Source: Macrostomum hystrix
Lineage: Eukaryota; Animalia; Platyhelminthes
DNA length: 64,000 nucleotides
Assembly: GCA_950097015.1 (NCBI GenBank)
Contig: CATNEN010000003.1
Location: forward strand, 15,996,001-16,060,000
Direction of reading: 5' to 3'
Position 1 is the stretch's first letter, and every line of letters begins with the position of its first letter. The translations under genes were made by a program, and so were the position numbers. Of the stretch, positions 23,891 to 34,367 are shown in pieces. The notes beneath the pieces were generated by a model. That model saw only the letters and a list, made by a program, of their open reading frames with translations, searched no databases and was not told the origin of the DNA.

Positions 23891-25033
23891 GGGTGAGATT
23901 AGATCAGTTAGTCAAGGGTGAGATTAGATCAGTTAGTCAATGGTGAGATTAGATCAGTTAGTCAAGGGTGAGATTAGATCAGTTAGTCAAGGGTGAGATT
24001 AGATCAGTTAGTCAATGGTGAGATTAGATCAGTTAGTCAAGGGTGAGATTAGATCAGTTAGTCAATGGTGAGATTAGATCAGTTAGTCAAGGGTGAGATT
24101 AGATCAGTTAGTCAAGGGTGAGATTAGATCAGTTAGTCAAGGGTGAGATTAGATCAGTTAGTCAAGGGTGAGATTAGATCAGTTAGTCAAGGGTGAGATT
24201 AGATCAGTTAGTCAATGGTGAGATTAGATCAGTTAGTCAAGGGTGAGATTAGATCAGTTAGTCAATGGTGAGATTAGATCAGTTAGTCAAGGGTGAGATT
24301 AGATCAGTTAGTCAAGGGTGAGATTAGATCAGTTAGTCAAGGGTGAGATTAGATCAGTTAGTCAAGGGTGAGATTAGATCAGTTAGTCAATGGTGAGATT
24401 AGATCAGTTAGTCAAGGGTGAGATTAGATCAGTTAGTCAAGGGTGAGATTAGATCAGTTAGTCAAGGGTGAGATTAGATCAGTTAGTCAAGGGTGAGATT
24501 AGATCAGTTAGTCAATGGTGAGATTAGATCAGTTAGTCAAGGGTGAGATTAGATCAGTTAGTCAATGGTGAGATTAGATCAGTTATAGTCAAGGGGGTCT
24601 AGGGGGGAGATTAGATCTGTTAGTCTAGGGGGGAGATTAGATCAGTCATTTAAGGGTGAGATTAGATCAGTTAGTCAAGGGTGAGATTAGATCAGTTAGT
24701 CAATGGTGAGATTAGATCAGTTAGTCAAGGGTGAGATTAGATCAGTTAGTCAAGAGTGAGATTAGATCAGTTATAGTCAAGGGTGAAATTAGATCAGTTA
24801 GTCAAGGGTGAGATTAGATCAGTTATAGTCAAGGGGGTCTAGGGGGGAGATTAGATCTGTTAGTCTAGGGGGAGATTAGACCAGTCATTTAAGGGTGAGA
24901 TTAGGTCAGTCAGTCTAAGGTAAGATCAGATCAGTTAGTCAAGGGTGAGATTATATCTGTTAGTCTAGGGGCGAGATTAGATCAGTTAGTCAAGGGTGAG
25001 ATTAGATCAGTTAGTCAAGGGTGAGATTAGATA
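23891..25033. repeat. 25-bp minisatellite (GGGTGAGATTAGATCAGTTAGTCAA)
   Basis: Direct reading, ~45 units, degenerate at right. Confidence 0.96.
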
Positions 25034-26329
25034 TGTTAAAAGTAATATTATAACTAACATGTTTAGTTGATAACAGTGCTGTGAGTTTCGATATTAATTT
25101 TTATTAATCTTAAGCAGAAGAGAATCCATTATGTGTATAAATCTTTAACGAGTACATAAATACCCTGCTAAGAATGAAGAAATTTGAAACTATTTCCACC
25201 TATTGAATTCAGATTATCTTTTATTCATATCTGCAAATCTTCGTATCATAAGATAGAGTTGACATTTGGAAAAGAGAAATGAGTTTCAGGAAATAATTCC
25301 TAAGACAAATGGTTTTGTATGTATTGTTCTTGACAACTGAAGGATATATAAATGTTCGAAAATGTTCGCTAGCAGTAAACGTGTCAATCTCATAATTTAT
25401 TCTCATTCTAAAGAATTGATTCCCTTAGGGAGAATAGGAGCCACACAAGCCATATGAGGCATGCAGATGAAGCGTAGAAGCTGGGAAGAGGGAAAATCGA
25501 TAAAACCGGGATGCTTTTGGTGGGCTCGGTGGAAAAGACCAGATGGGAGGCAGAATTGAAGGCATAGATCAGTGTTACAAAAGTGCAGGCTGCCCACAAT
25601 AAGAAGGATAGCTCAGGCTGAGACTGCTCAGAATATCATTATTTCAGCATTCATCAGATGTCACAGAGGGATATCAGAGAACAGAATACTGTAGAGATGT
25701 ATTTCATAGAATACTGAATCATATCGATATTTCACGAGAACACGATGCTTTTGTTACAGTTGCCAGGCGACAGAAATATGAATCTATCAGTTTAATTCAA
25801 ATAATTTTTAATTTATTTTAGTTTAATTTTTTTTTAAAAAGTACAAAAGAAATCCTGAATTTTTTTATCGACCAGGTGTAAAAATTTAACTGACGAAAAT
25901 TAACCTACTCGTACAAACATGTAATTCTCTTATTCTAGGGAATAACTTCCTATTCTAAGGAAAAATGATATATGAAGTAGAACATGACAGTTTGATTAAA
26001 ATAACTTTTACTTTCAGAAAATCGGTTTTGAAAAAAAATGTTTTATCTTTTTAAAAAATAAAAACAACACTTGTATCAATGGAGAGACCTTTGTAAGAGA
26101 AGGAAACATTAAATGGATGTGTGAAAGGCCAAAAAGGGCTAACATAGAAGAAATGAAAGCATAAACTAAGGCACAATTGAAGGGTTAAAAAGGGTTCAGG
26201 GAAAGAATAAATGAAGCGATGGATAAAGGAAAACGGATAATTGAAAGGAAAGTCGAAGGAATATGGGAATAGAAGAAAATAAAAAATAAAGAAAAATATG
26301 AAGGGAAAAATGAATGGGACAACTGAAAG

Positions 26330-27190
26330 GATAAATAAAGGGATGGATGAGGGAATGAATGAAGAAATTAGGAATGGACGAAGGAACAAATTAAATGACA
26401 AATGAAGGGATAAATGAAGGAACAGTTGAAGGTATAAATGAACGAACAAAGAATGGATAAATGATGGAGCAATTAAAAGACTGGATGAAGGGATAAATGA
26501 AGGAATGGTTGAAGGGATAAATGAAGGAATCGATGAAGGGATAAATGAAGGAATGGATGAAGGGATAAATGAAGGAATGGATGAAGGGATAAATGAAGGA
26601 ATGGATGAAGGGATAAATGAAGGAATGGATGAAGGGATAAATGAAGGAATGGACGAAGGAACAAATTAAATGACAAATGAAGGGATAAATGAAGGAACAG
26701 TTGAAGGTATAAATGAACGAACAAAGAATGGATAAATGATGGAGCCATTAAAAGACTGGATGAAGGGATAAATGAAGGAATGGTTGAAGGGATAAATGAA
26801 GGAATCGATGAAGGGATAAATGAAGGAATGGATGAAGGGATAAATGAAGGAATGGATGAAGGGATAAATGAAGGAATGGATGAAGGGATAAATGAAGGAA
26901 TGGATGAAGGGATAAATGAAGGAATGGATGAAGGGATAAATGAAGGAATGGATGAAGGGATAAATGAAGGAATGGATGAATGGATAAATGAAGGAATGGA
27001 TGAATGGATAAATGAAGGAATGGTTGAAGGGATAAATGAAGGAATGGATGAAGGTATAAATGAAGAAATGGATGAAGGGATAAATGAAGGAATGGTTGAA
27101 GGGATAAATGAAGGAATGGATGAAGGGATAAATGAAGGAATAGATGAAGGGATAAATGAAGGAATGGATAAATGGATAAATGAAGGGATA
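26330..27190. repeat. 24-bp minisatellite (GATGAAGGGATAAATGAAGGAATG) with a duplicated larger block
   Basis: Direct reading. Confidence 0.93.
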
Positions 27191-27263
27191 AACGCAGATA
27201 TGGAGGAAGAAATAGATAAGGTACAGGTTATAAGAAACACAATAAGATCAGTTCTGAACTCAC

Positions 27264-27554
27264 AAACTAGAGCCACAGAGGCCTTGTACGGTGTAGCCAT
27301 ATTGCTGACGTGACACTGGAAATTTAACTTGGCGTCCTTGATCTCAGCAGCCTTGTCGCTGAGTTTAACATAGGCGTACGACATGCCAAGTGTCTCCTTG
27401 TACTTCGGATATCCTTCCTGTAGCAGGGCGGTGTCAAAGTCGGTAATTCTTAAAGGCATGCTAGGATTATTCCTAGCCGAACAGATGGACACCTCGTCGG
27501 TGGTTTGAATAGGAATTTCGGTCGGTATTGTCATCTCGCTGTGGATGGCTGGAT
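27264..27554 (-). CDS. IgSF gene A, exon 4, third Ig-like (C2-type) domain
   Basis: TTTTATTTTCAG acceptor, GTGAGT donor, symmetric phase 1-1, 291 nt; CSARNNP...FQCHVSN Ig cysteine pair; splice junction gives LLAT-YP. Confidence 0.8.
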
Positions 27555-27665
27555 CTGAAAATAAAATCATCGTAGGATAAGATTTTGCACTGTGCGAAAT
27601 CAAGCATTTTTAGTGCTGTCTACAAGTATCTAGTACAGTTTCAGTACAGAATTTCAAAGTAGTTG

Positions 27666-29338
27666 AATCTAGTGCAGTCTAGCGAGAATCGACTGCAGTC
27701 TAGCAAGAATCTATTGCCGTCTAGCAAGAATCTAATGCAGTCTAGCAAGAATCTAATGCAGTCTAGCAAGAATCTATTGCAGTCTAGCAAGAATCTATTG
27801 CCGTCTAGCAAGAATCTATTGCCGTCTAGCAAGAATCTACTGCAGTGTAGCAAGAATCTACCGCAGTTTAGCAAGAATCTATTGCCGTCTAGCAAGAATC
27901 TACTGCAGTGTAGCAAGAATCTATTGCCGTCTAGCAAGAATCTATTGCCGTCTAGCAAGAATCTATTGCCGTCTAGCAAGAATCTACTGCAGTCTAGCAA
28001 GAATCTATTGCCGTCTAGCAAGAATCTACTGCAGTCTAGCAAGAATCTATTGCCGTCTAGCAAGAATCTATTGCCGTCTAGCAAGAATCTATTGCCGTCT
28101 AGCAAGAATCTACTGCAGTCTAGCAAGAATCTACTGCAGTCTAGCAAGAATCTATTGCCGTCTAGCAAGAATCTACTGCAGTCTAGCAAGAATCTACTGC
28201 AGTCTAGCAAGAATCTATTGCCGTCTAGCAAGAATCTACTGCAGTCTAGCAAGAATCTATTGCCGTCTAGCAAGAATCTATTGCCGTCTAGCAAGAATCT
28301 ACTGCAGTCTAGCAAGAATCTACTGCAGTCTAGCAAGAATCTATTGCCGTCTAGCAAGAATCTACTGCAGTCTAGCAAGAATCTACTGCAGTCTAGCAAG
28401 AATCTATTGCCGTCTAGCAAGAATCTACTGCAGTCTAGCAAGAATCTACTGCAGTCTAGCAAGAATCTACTGCAGTCTAGCAAGAATCTATTGCCGTCTA
28501 GCAAGAATCTACTGCAGTCTAGCAAGAATCTATTGCCGTCTAGCAAGAATCTATTGCCGTCTAGCAAGAATCTACTGCAGTCTAGCAAGAATCTACTGCA
28601 GTCTAGCAAGAATCTATTGCCGTCTAGCAAGAATCTACTGCAGTCTAGCAAGAATCTACTGCAGTCTAGCAAGAATCTATTGCCGTCTAGCAAGAATCTA
28701 CTGCAGTCTAGCAAGAATCTACTGCAGTCTAGCAAGAATCTATTGCCGTCTAGCAAGAATCTACTGCAGTCTAGCAAGAATCTACTGCAGTCTAGCAAGA
28801 ATCTACTGCAGTCTAGCAAGAATCTATTGCCGTCTAGCAAGAATCTACTGCAGTCTAGCAAGAATCTATTGCCGTCTAGCAAGAATCTATTGCCGTCTAG
28901 CAAGAATCTACTGCAGTCTAGCAAGAATCTACTGCAGTCTAGCAAGAATCTATTGCCGTCTAGCAAGAATCTATTGCCGTCTAGCAAGAATCTACTGCAG
29001 TCTAGCAAGAATCTATTGCCGTCTAGCAAGAATCTACTGCAGTCTAGCAAGAATCTATTGCCGTCTAGCAAGAATCTACTGCAGTCTAGCAAGAATCTAC
29101 TGCAGTCTAGCAAGAATCTATTGCCGTCTAGCAAGAATCTACTGCAGTCTAGCAAGAATCTATTGCCGTCTAGCAAGAATCTACTGCAGTCTAGCAAGAA
29201 TCTACTGCAGTCTAGCAAGAATCTATTGCCGTCTAGCAAGAATCTACTGCAGTCTAGCAAGAATCTATTGCCGTCTAGCAAGAATCTATTGCCGTCTAGC
29301 AAGAATCTACTGCCGTCTAGCAAGAATCTACTGCTAGA
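27666..29338. repeat. 21-bp two-variant minisatellite TCTAGCAAGAATCTA(CTGCAG/TTGCCG), ~79 units
   Basis: Direct reading. Confidence 0.97.
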
Positions 29339-29354
29339 CTTTAAAATTATAATT

Positions 29355-29570
29355 CTTTAGAATAGGATTCTTTAGAGTAGGATTCTTTAAAATGGGGTTG
29401 TAATATGGGATTCTTTAAAATGGGGTTGTAATATGGGATTCTTTAAAATGGGATTATTTAGAATGGGATTCCTCATGAGATCCTAGATAAATGGCATTAA
29501 ATGGGATTTTTAAACGGATTCTTTAGAAAGGGATTCTTAAGGAAGGGAATTATTTTAAATGGGGTTTTAA
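29355..29570. repeat. Degenerate GGGATTCTTTAAAAT-type repeats
   Basis: Direct reading. Confidence 0.7.
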
Positions 29571-30166
29571 GAATACTATTTTTTATTATTATTCGGAATG
29601 TCTTACTCGCCCTTAAAAAAGGCACGTTCTTTTCGAATATTTAGTCCCCTTAGCTTTCAGCTATTTCAGACGTACATGCTTTAGATTTATTAATTCTTTG
29701 AATTTCAATTCATTTCAAATTTTCTAGTTGTGAATTGTTTTCCATTTTCATTTTGTCGACTATTTTTTTCAGAAGAATTTTTTACTTTATTTACTTTATT
29801 ACTTTATTACTTTATTACTTGAATATTTTTAGCTTCAGATTCTATCACATGTAATCCTTACAACGCGAATATTTTATTAGCTACCTGAAACATTCCGAGC
29901 CGCAAACATTGTGTGGGGTATTTAAGAGCTGTGTACAGCTTGTTCAGTCCATAGACTGAGGAGGCCAAAGCACTAACACAACTTTCTATCCCAGCTGAGT
30001 GAGTTGAAGTCTAAAGCAATTGAAAATTCAAGTGTATTTTTTACGGTCACGAAGTATTTTACTTGGCCTGAGAAATGAATCCAACTCCCAACCTCTTGGT
30101 CAGAATTTGAAAGAGCTTATTACTTTGACTTAAAGATTCGAACCAGCGACCCCACTCGACACTCAC

Positions 30167-30395
30167 AAGTAGCCAGTAGTACAATCTGTTTTGTCTGCCT
30201 CTCGCCGAATCCGTTAAACACTTCGCAGCGGAAGTTAACAATCGGCTCTCTTGGCAATGTCTCGTCGAATTCCACCGCGTGGCCAACTGTGAGATTTGTG
30301 CGATTCTCTCGGCCGCTGATGCTCACTACGAAGCCGGGCTCCGGCGTGGCCTTTGGCGTCTCGCAACGGATGTTAATGCTGGTGTCAGCCGCCAG
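30167..30395 (-). CDS. IgSF gene A, exon 3, second Ig-like domain
   Basis: CTGCCAG acceptor, GTGAGT donor, phase 0->1; INIRCE...FRCEVFNGFG; 229 nt, same length as the paralog exon. Confidence 0.85.
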
Positions 30396-30614
30396 CTGGC
30401 AGATTAAGACAGGTGGGGAGGTGGGGGAAACTCATCATTTGGTGTCAGCCGCCAGCTGGCAGATAAGACAGGTGGGGAGGTGGGGGAAACTCATCATTTG
30501 GTGTCAGCTGCCAGCTGGCAGATAAGACAGGTGGGGAGGTGGGGGAAACTCATCATTTGGTGTCAGCTGCCAGCTGGCAGATAAGACATGTGGGGAGGTG
30601 TGGGAAACTCATCA
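30381..30614 (-). repeat. 59-bp tandem duplication of the exon 3 splice acceptor (~4 copies)
   Basis: Unit AAATGATGAGTTTCCCCCACCTCCCCACCTGTCTTATCTGCCAGCTGGC(G/A)GCTGACACC on the minus strand. Confidence 0.9.
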
Positions 30615-30755
30615 GAGAGAGGGACAAACAGCTAGCCAATCAGAATCGGGGGAGAAGAGAGAGAAGCAACGTTAGCTAAGAAGTTGAACACCTCCAAGCC
30701 ACAGCAAAGGGGGAAGTAATAACAGGTATCACACAAGCTCATTAATTTATCTCAC

Positions 30756-31198
30756 CTCAGTTCCGTTGGCAATCTCAATGCTAGTTTCCTTGTTGAGAAT
30801 GCGGAATTCGCTTATTGGTGGAGTTTTATCGCCAACAGTTAGACGGACAGGCGAGGATGTTGGATATTGGATAATGCTATGGCTCTGGCTAATATGCTCC
30901 ACCTTGCAATAGTAATCTCCCTGCATGGTGTCTCGCTGTGCCAAGATGTCTTTGATAATCAAAGAATCGCATGTAGTTTCATCTGTGTTGCATCCAGCTA
31001 AATTACAATTCTTCTTGAGTATTCTATTTTCCTGACATTTGTACTGAACCTCAGCAAAGTTATTAGTTCCAAGCATCAGAGTGTAGTAGACAGCAGCCGA
31101 ATCGGTTGGTGCTGGACCAGAGCAGGTGAAGCTAACTCGATCGTCAGTGATGGCTAAACTTGGCTCCACCTTCAATGTCACTTGCTGACCTGAGGAGC
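30756..31198 (-). CDS. IgSF gene A, exon 2, V-like Ig domain with extra cysteines
   Basis: AAATTTAG acceptor, GTGAGA donor, phase 1->0; VSFTCSG...MQGDYYCKV. Confidence 0.88.
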
Positions 31199-33204
31199 CT
31201 AAATTTATAAACAAGTTATGATCATTAAAAAATAGTAAATCTATATTTTTTTGTTTTAATAGAAACAATTACATATGCATAGCAAATATAAAATAAAATA
31301 CACAAAATAGAATTTTGGAATTGATAACAGTCAATTTCTTCAGCATACACCAAAAAGTGAATTTTTTAAATTTATACTTAGATAAATACACTTAAGGGCA
31401 GTTTACTAAAGCTTTATTAGATGCTTCTTTGCATTTTTATTAAAGTAAACTTAAACAAAAAACTATTTTGTAATTTACACCAAATTTACACACTGACTGA
31501 TAAGTACTCAGTTGTATATGTATATAATTATGTTTATTGAAGTTCCATAGTGAAAAGCATTTTAGCAAGACTCAAAATATATAAACTAACACACTTAAAG
31601 TATAGCAAACAACTGCATAATAGCAATGACACAAGTTTAACACTGTCCTGCTTTATGGTACTGTTAGACTGTTCACTCTGCGTGGCTCTGGGCTTGGCGG
31701 GCCTCGCTGTGCGTTGCGTGGTTATTTGCTGGCTATGTACATGTTATCATTCTCAGTCCTGCTGTGCGCGTGCTGTCGTTACATTGCTTATCTAATAGTG
31801 CATGTACATGGCTGGTTTTAGTCCTGGGGTTGGAGCTGCTCAACTCCGGTGTGTTATTGAGCTACAATATATTGACTTTCGCATAGCTACCGCCGGTTTC
31901 TCTCGTAGGCGTTTTGACACCTTGCAATCTCTCGCATTGGCTTGTCTCGGTTAACAGGTACAATGGATAAGAATTGCCCAAAAATTATAAGCCCATTTGG
32001 TTTAAATAACTTAAAAACATATCACCACTAAACAAGGCTGTAATAATGACTTTCTGTCATAATAGATAATCATTAAATCTTATTTGGTGCTTTTGAACTC
32101 ATTGTCAGTAATATTAAAAATAATTGTCGAAGGGCTGTAGCATATAGCATATCATTTAGGGTAATGTATCATCAACCAAATAAGAATATGTATTTTTTTA
32201 ATTCAAACCTAAGCTACAGATTTTCTATTTTAAAGATATGATGATAAATCAAAAGCCAAATTATAGAAAAAAGTTACATCTTTCTAAAAAGTATTTGCTT
32301 TTGCTATTTTGTCAAATAGAAAAAAGTTTTTCCTGCTTTTCATCTAAAACTGAACAATGATTTTCATGTATCTTCAAAACAAACAGAGAATTTGATGTTT
32401 GGTTTTATAATTTGAGTGAGTGGTTTAATCTTATTTTAAGGAGTGAACTATCATGAATTATGTCATTTGAAAGCATTTTTCCTGTTTTATAAATAACTAC
32501 ATTTATGGTCATTTAATTGGCAAGCAACCACATACAATCTTTGTCTAAAGTACATACTGAAAAAATGTTGTTAAAAAGTATGCTTTTGCAATAAAAATTT
32601 CTACTGAAACATCTATATCTTTCTTTCATCTTAATGCTTCATTGCACATCATGCCTCAGCTTGTAGATAATTTCTTCAACTTTCAAATTAGTTGTTCTGT
32701 GAAACACAATAGCTTGTTTCTGTCTTGCACGAGACCAAGGAAGGAGTCAAAATTCTTGTTCGGTTTTGAAGATACACTGTTCGGTTGATGATACATTACC
32801 CTATACTAGGCATTTATGGGTGTAAATGCCTAAAGATTTTTGTGGGTATACAAATTGATTGGAATCAGACAACATGACAATGATGACAAATGACAGCAAC
32901 ACCTAATTTCTTGCAAGGGTAATTTTGTTAGTTTTTTTCATGGATAACTATTGTTCATAAAAGTAGATAAATCAAGACAAGTTATAATTTTCATTTTTAT
33001 TTACAAATTTTTTTTGTAATATTTCCCTTAAACATATTTTTCAAGTTACAGTTTTCAATGCTACACTCAGATAGTGAAGAACAGGAGTTTCTCTTTAATT
33101 TGAAAACCCAAAATATTTTATAGGATTAAAGTTCAAGAAGCCAATGACATTCACTATTTGTTATGACTGGCCAAAAAACATTATGCATTAAAAAATGGAC
33201 TCAC

Positions 33205-33289
33205 GCTGAAATCCAGCAAATGACACAACTGTCACTAATATACACTTTGTGAGCAGAGACCCTACAAGTTTCCTGTTTGCGTCCTTCAT
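33205..33289 (-). CDS. IgSF gene A, exon 1, signal peptide (MKDANRKLVGSLLTKCILVTVVSFAGFQ)
   Basis: ATG, hydrophobic core, GTGAGT donor in phase 1; homologous to 52794-52878. Confidence 0.8.
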
Positions 33290-34367
33290 TTACTTTTTTT
33301 AGTATGGTCGAAAAAGTATAAATAAAAATGGGCGAATGGAAATGAAAATGACAAAATCGCTCCGTTAGAAGCTTCTGCTACATACAAGCAAACTTGCCGT
33401 AGAAAAAAATTATGCTAGCGACTTGGTGATTGATTGCTGCAAAATGATGTAGAAAAATTAATGTGTATTTACTTTGCAAGTTAAAATAAGGTAGAAAATA
33501 GTTTAAATGATGAGTAAAACATAAACTGATTAAAAAGATTTTACCTTACTAAGCTCAAAACTTCAAACGTTTATTGCGCACATATGTTATAAAAACTTAT
33601 TTTGTTTGTCTACCAGAATTAAAAATAGCAAGCCCGGCATCTTGACAACCAGTTATAATTTACGAGTAAAATTAATATTTTATAAACAAATAAGTTGCTA
33701 CATTTCATACCTATATTTGCCAAAAATTATTAGAATATATTTTCTTTTCGATAGATACATTTTTGTGAATGACGAAGCAGTCGTGATAAAATCAAGTCAT
33801 AGCTTTAAGCTCAAACTTTGGTTTGGTTTAGACTAGGTTTTATGGGTTGAATTTGTAAGTATAAGGCCTTTCCAGCAGTCTAATCTAAAATATCCAAAAT
33901 ATTTTAACAAGAAGTTTCTCTAAAATTTGCCTGAAGTTCAACGTACATGTAAAGGGATCTATGATCGATACTAGACGCATTTGTAAAATGTCACATTTAC
34001 TTGTAAATCTGTCTCAGTCCGACAACATAACACATGTGCAAAAGCTAGGACTGAATGGTCAAAACTAAAAGAGCGTAGGGAAAATATTCTAAATTGAAAC
34101 GGTCAACATGACTTCTGCTGACTAAAAATGGTCCACAGCTGGGCACTCAAATGCAGGATCATAAGGGATGAATCAAGGACTACTAAATTAAGTAACTAAG
34201 GTAGCTTACTTGGGCTGAATTCACACGCATTTTGGCTTCTTTAGTTGAAAAAAAGTGAAAAAAATCGAAAAATTAGTTGAAAAAATCGTCTTTTTTGTAT
34301 TTAGCTTATCATATCATGCTTTTTGCATTATTAAAACAACAATTTATTATCTTTTATTATCTCTTGA

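Noticed and set aside
26473-27603. 376-aa ORF as a single gene
   Set aside because: Only 27264-27554 is a splice-bounded Ig exon; the rest is read-through into a minisatellite
27641-29360. 560-aa ORFs on both strands resembling leucine-rich repeats
   Set aside because: Artefact of a 21-bp unit lacking stops; no flanking unique coding sequence or ATG context
31391-33031. Kolobok-like element (TTAA-GGG...CCC-TTAA) explaining the larger intron 1 of gene A
   Set aside because: Inverted-repeat match beyond 3-4 bp is too weak to support
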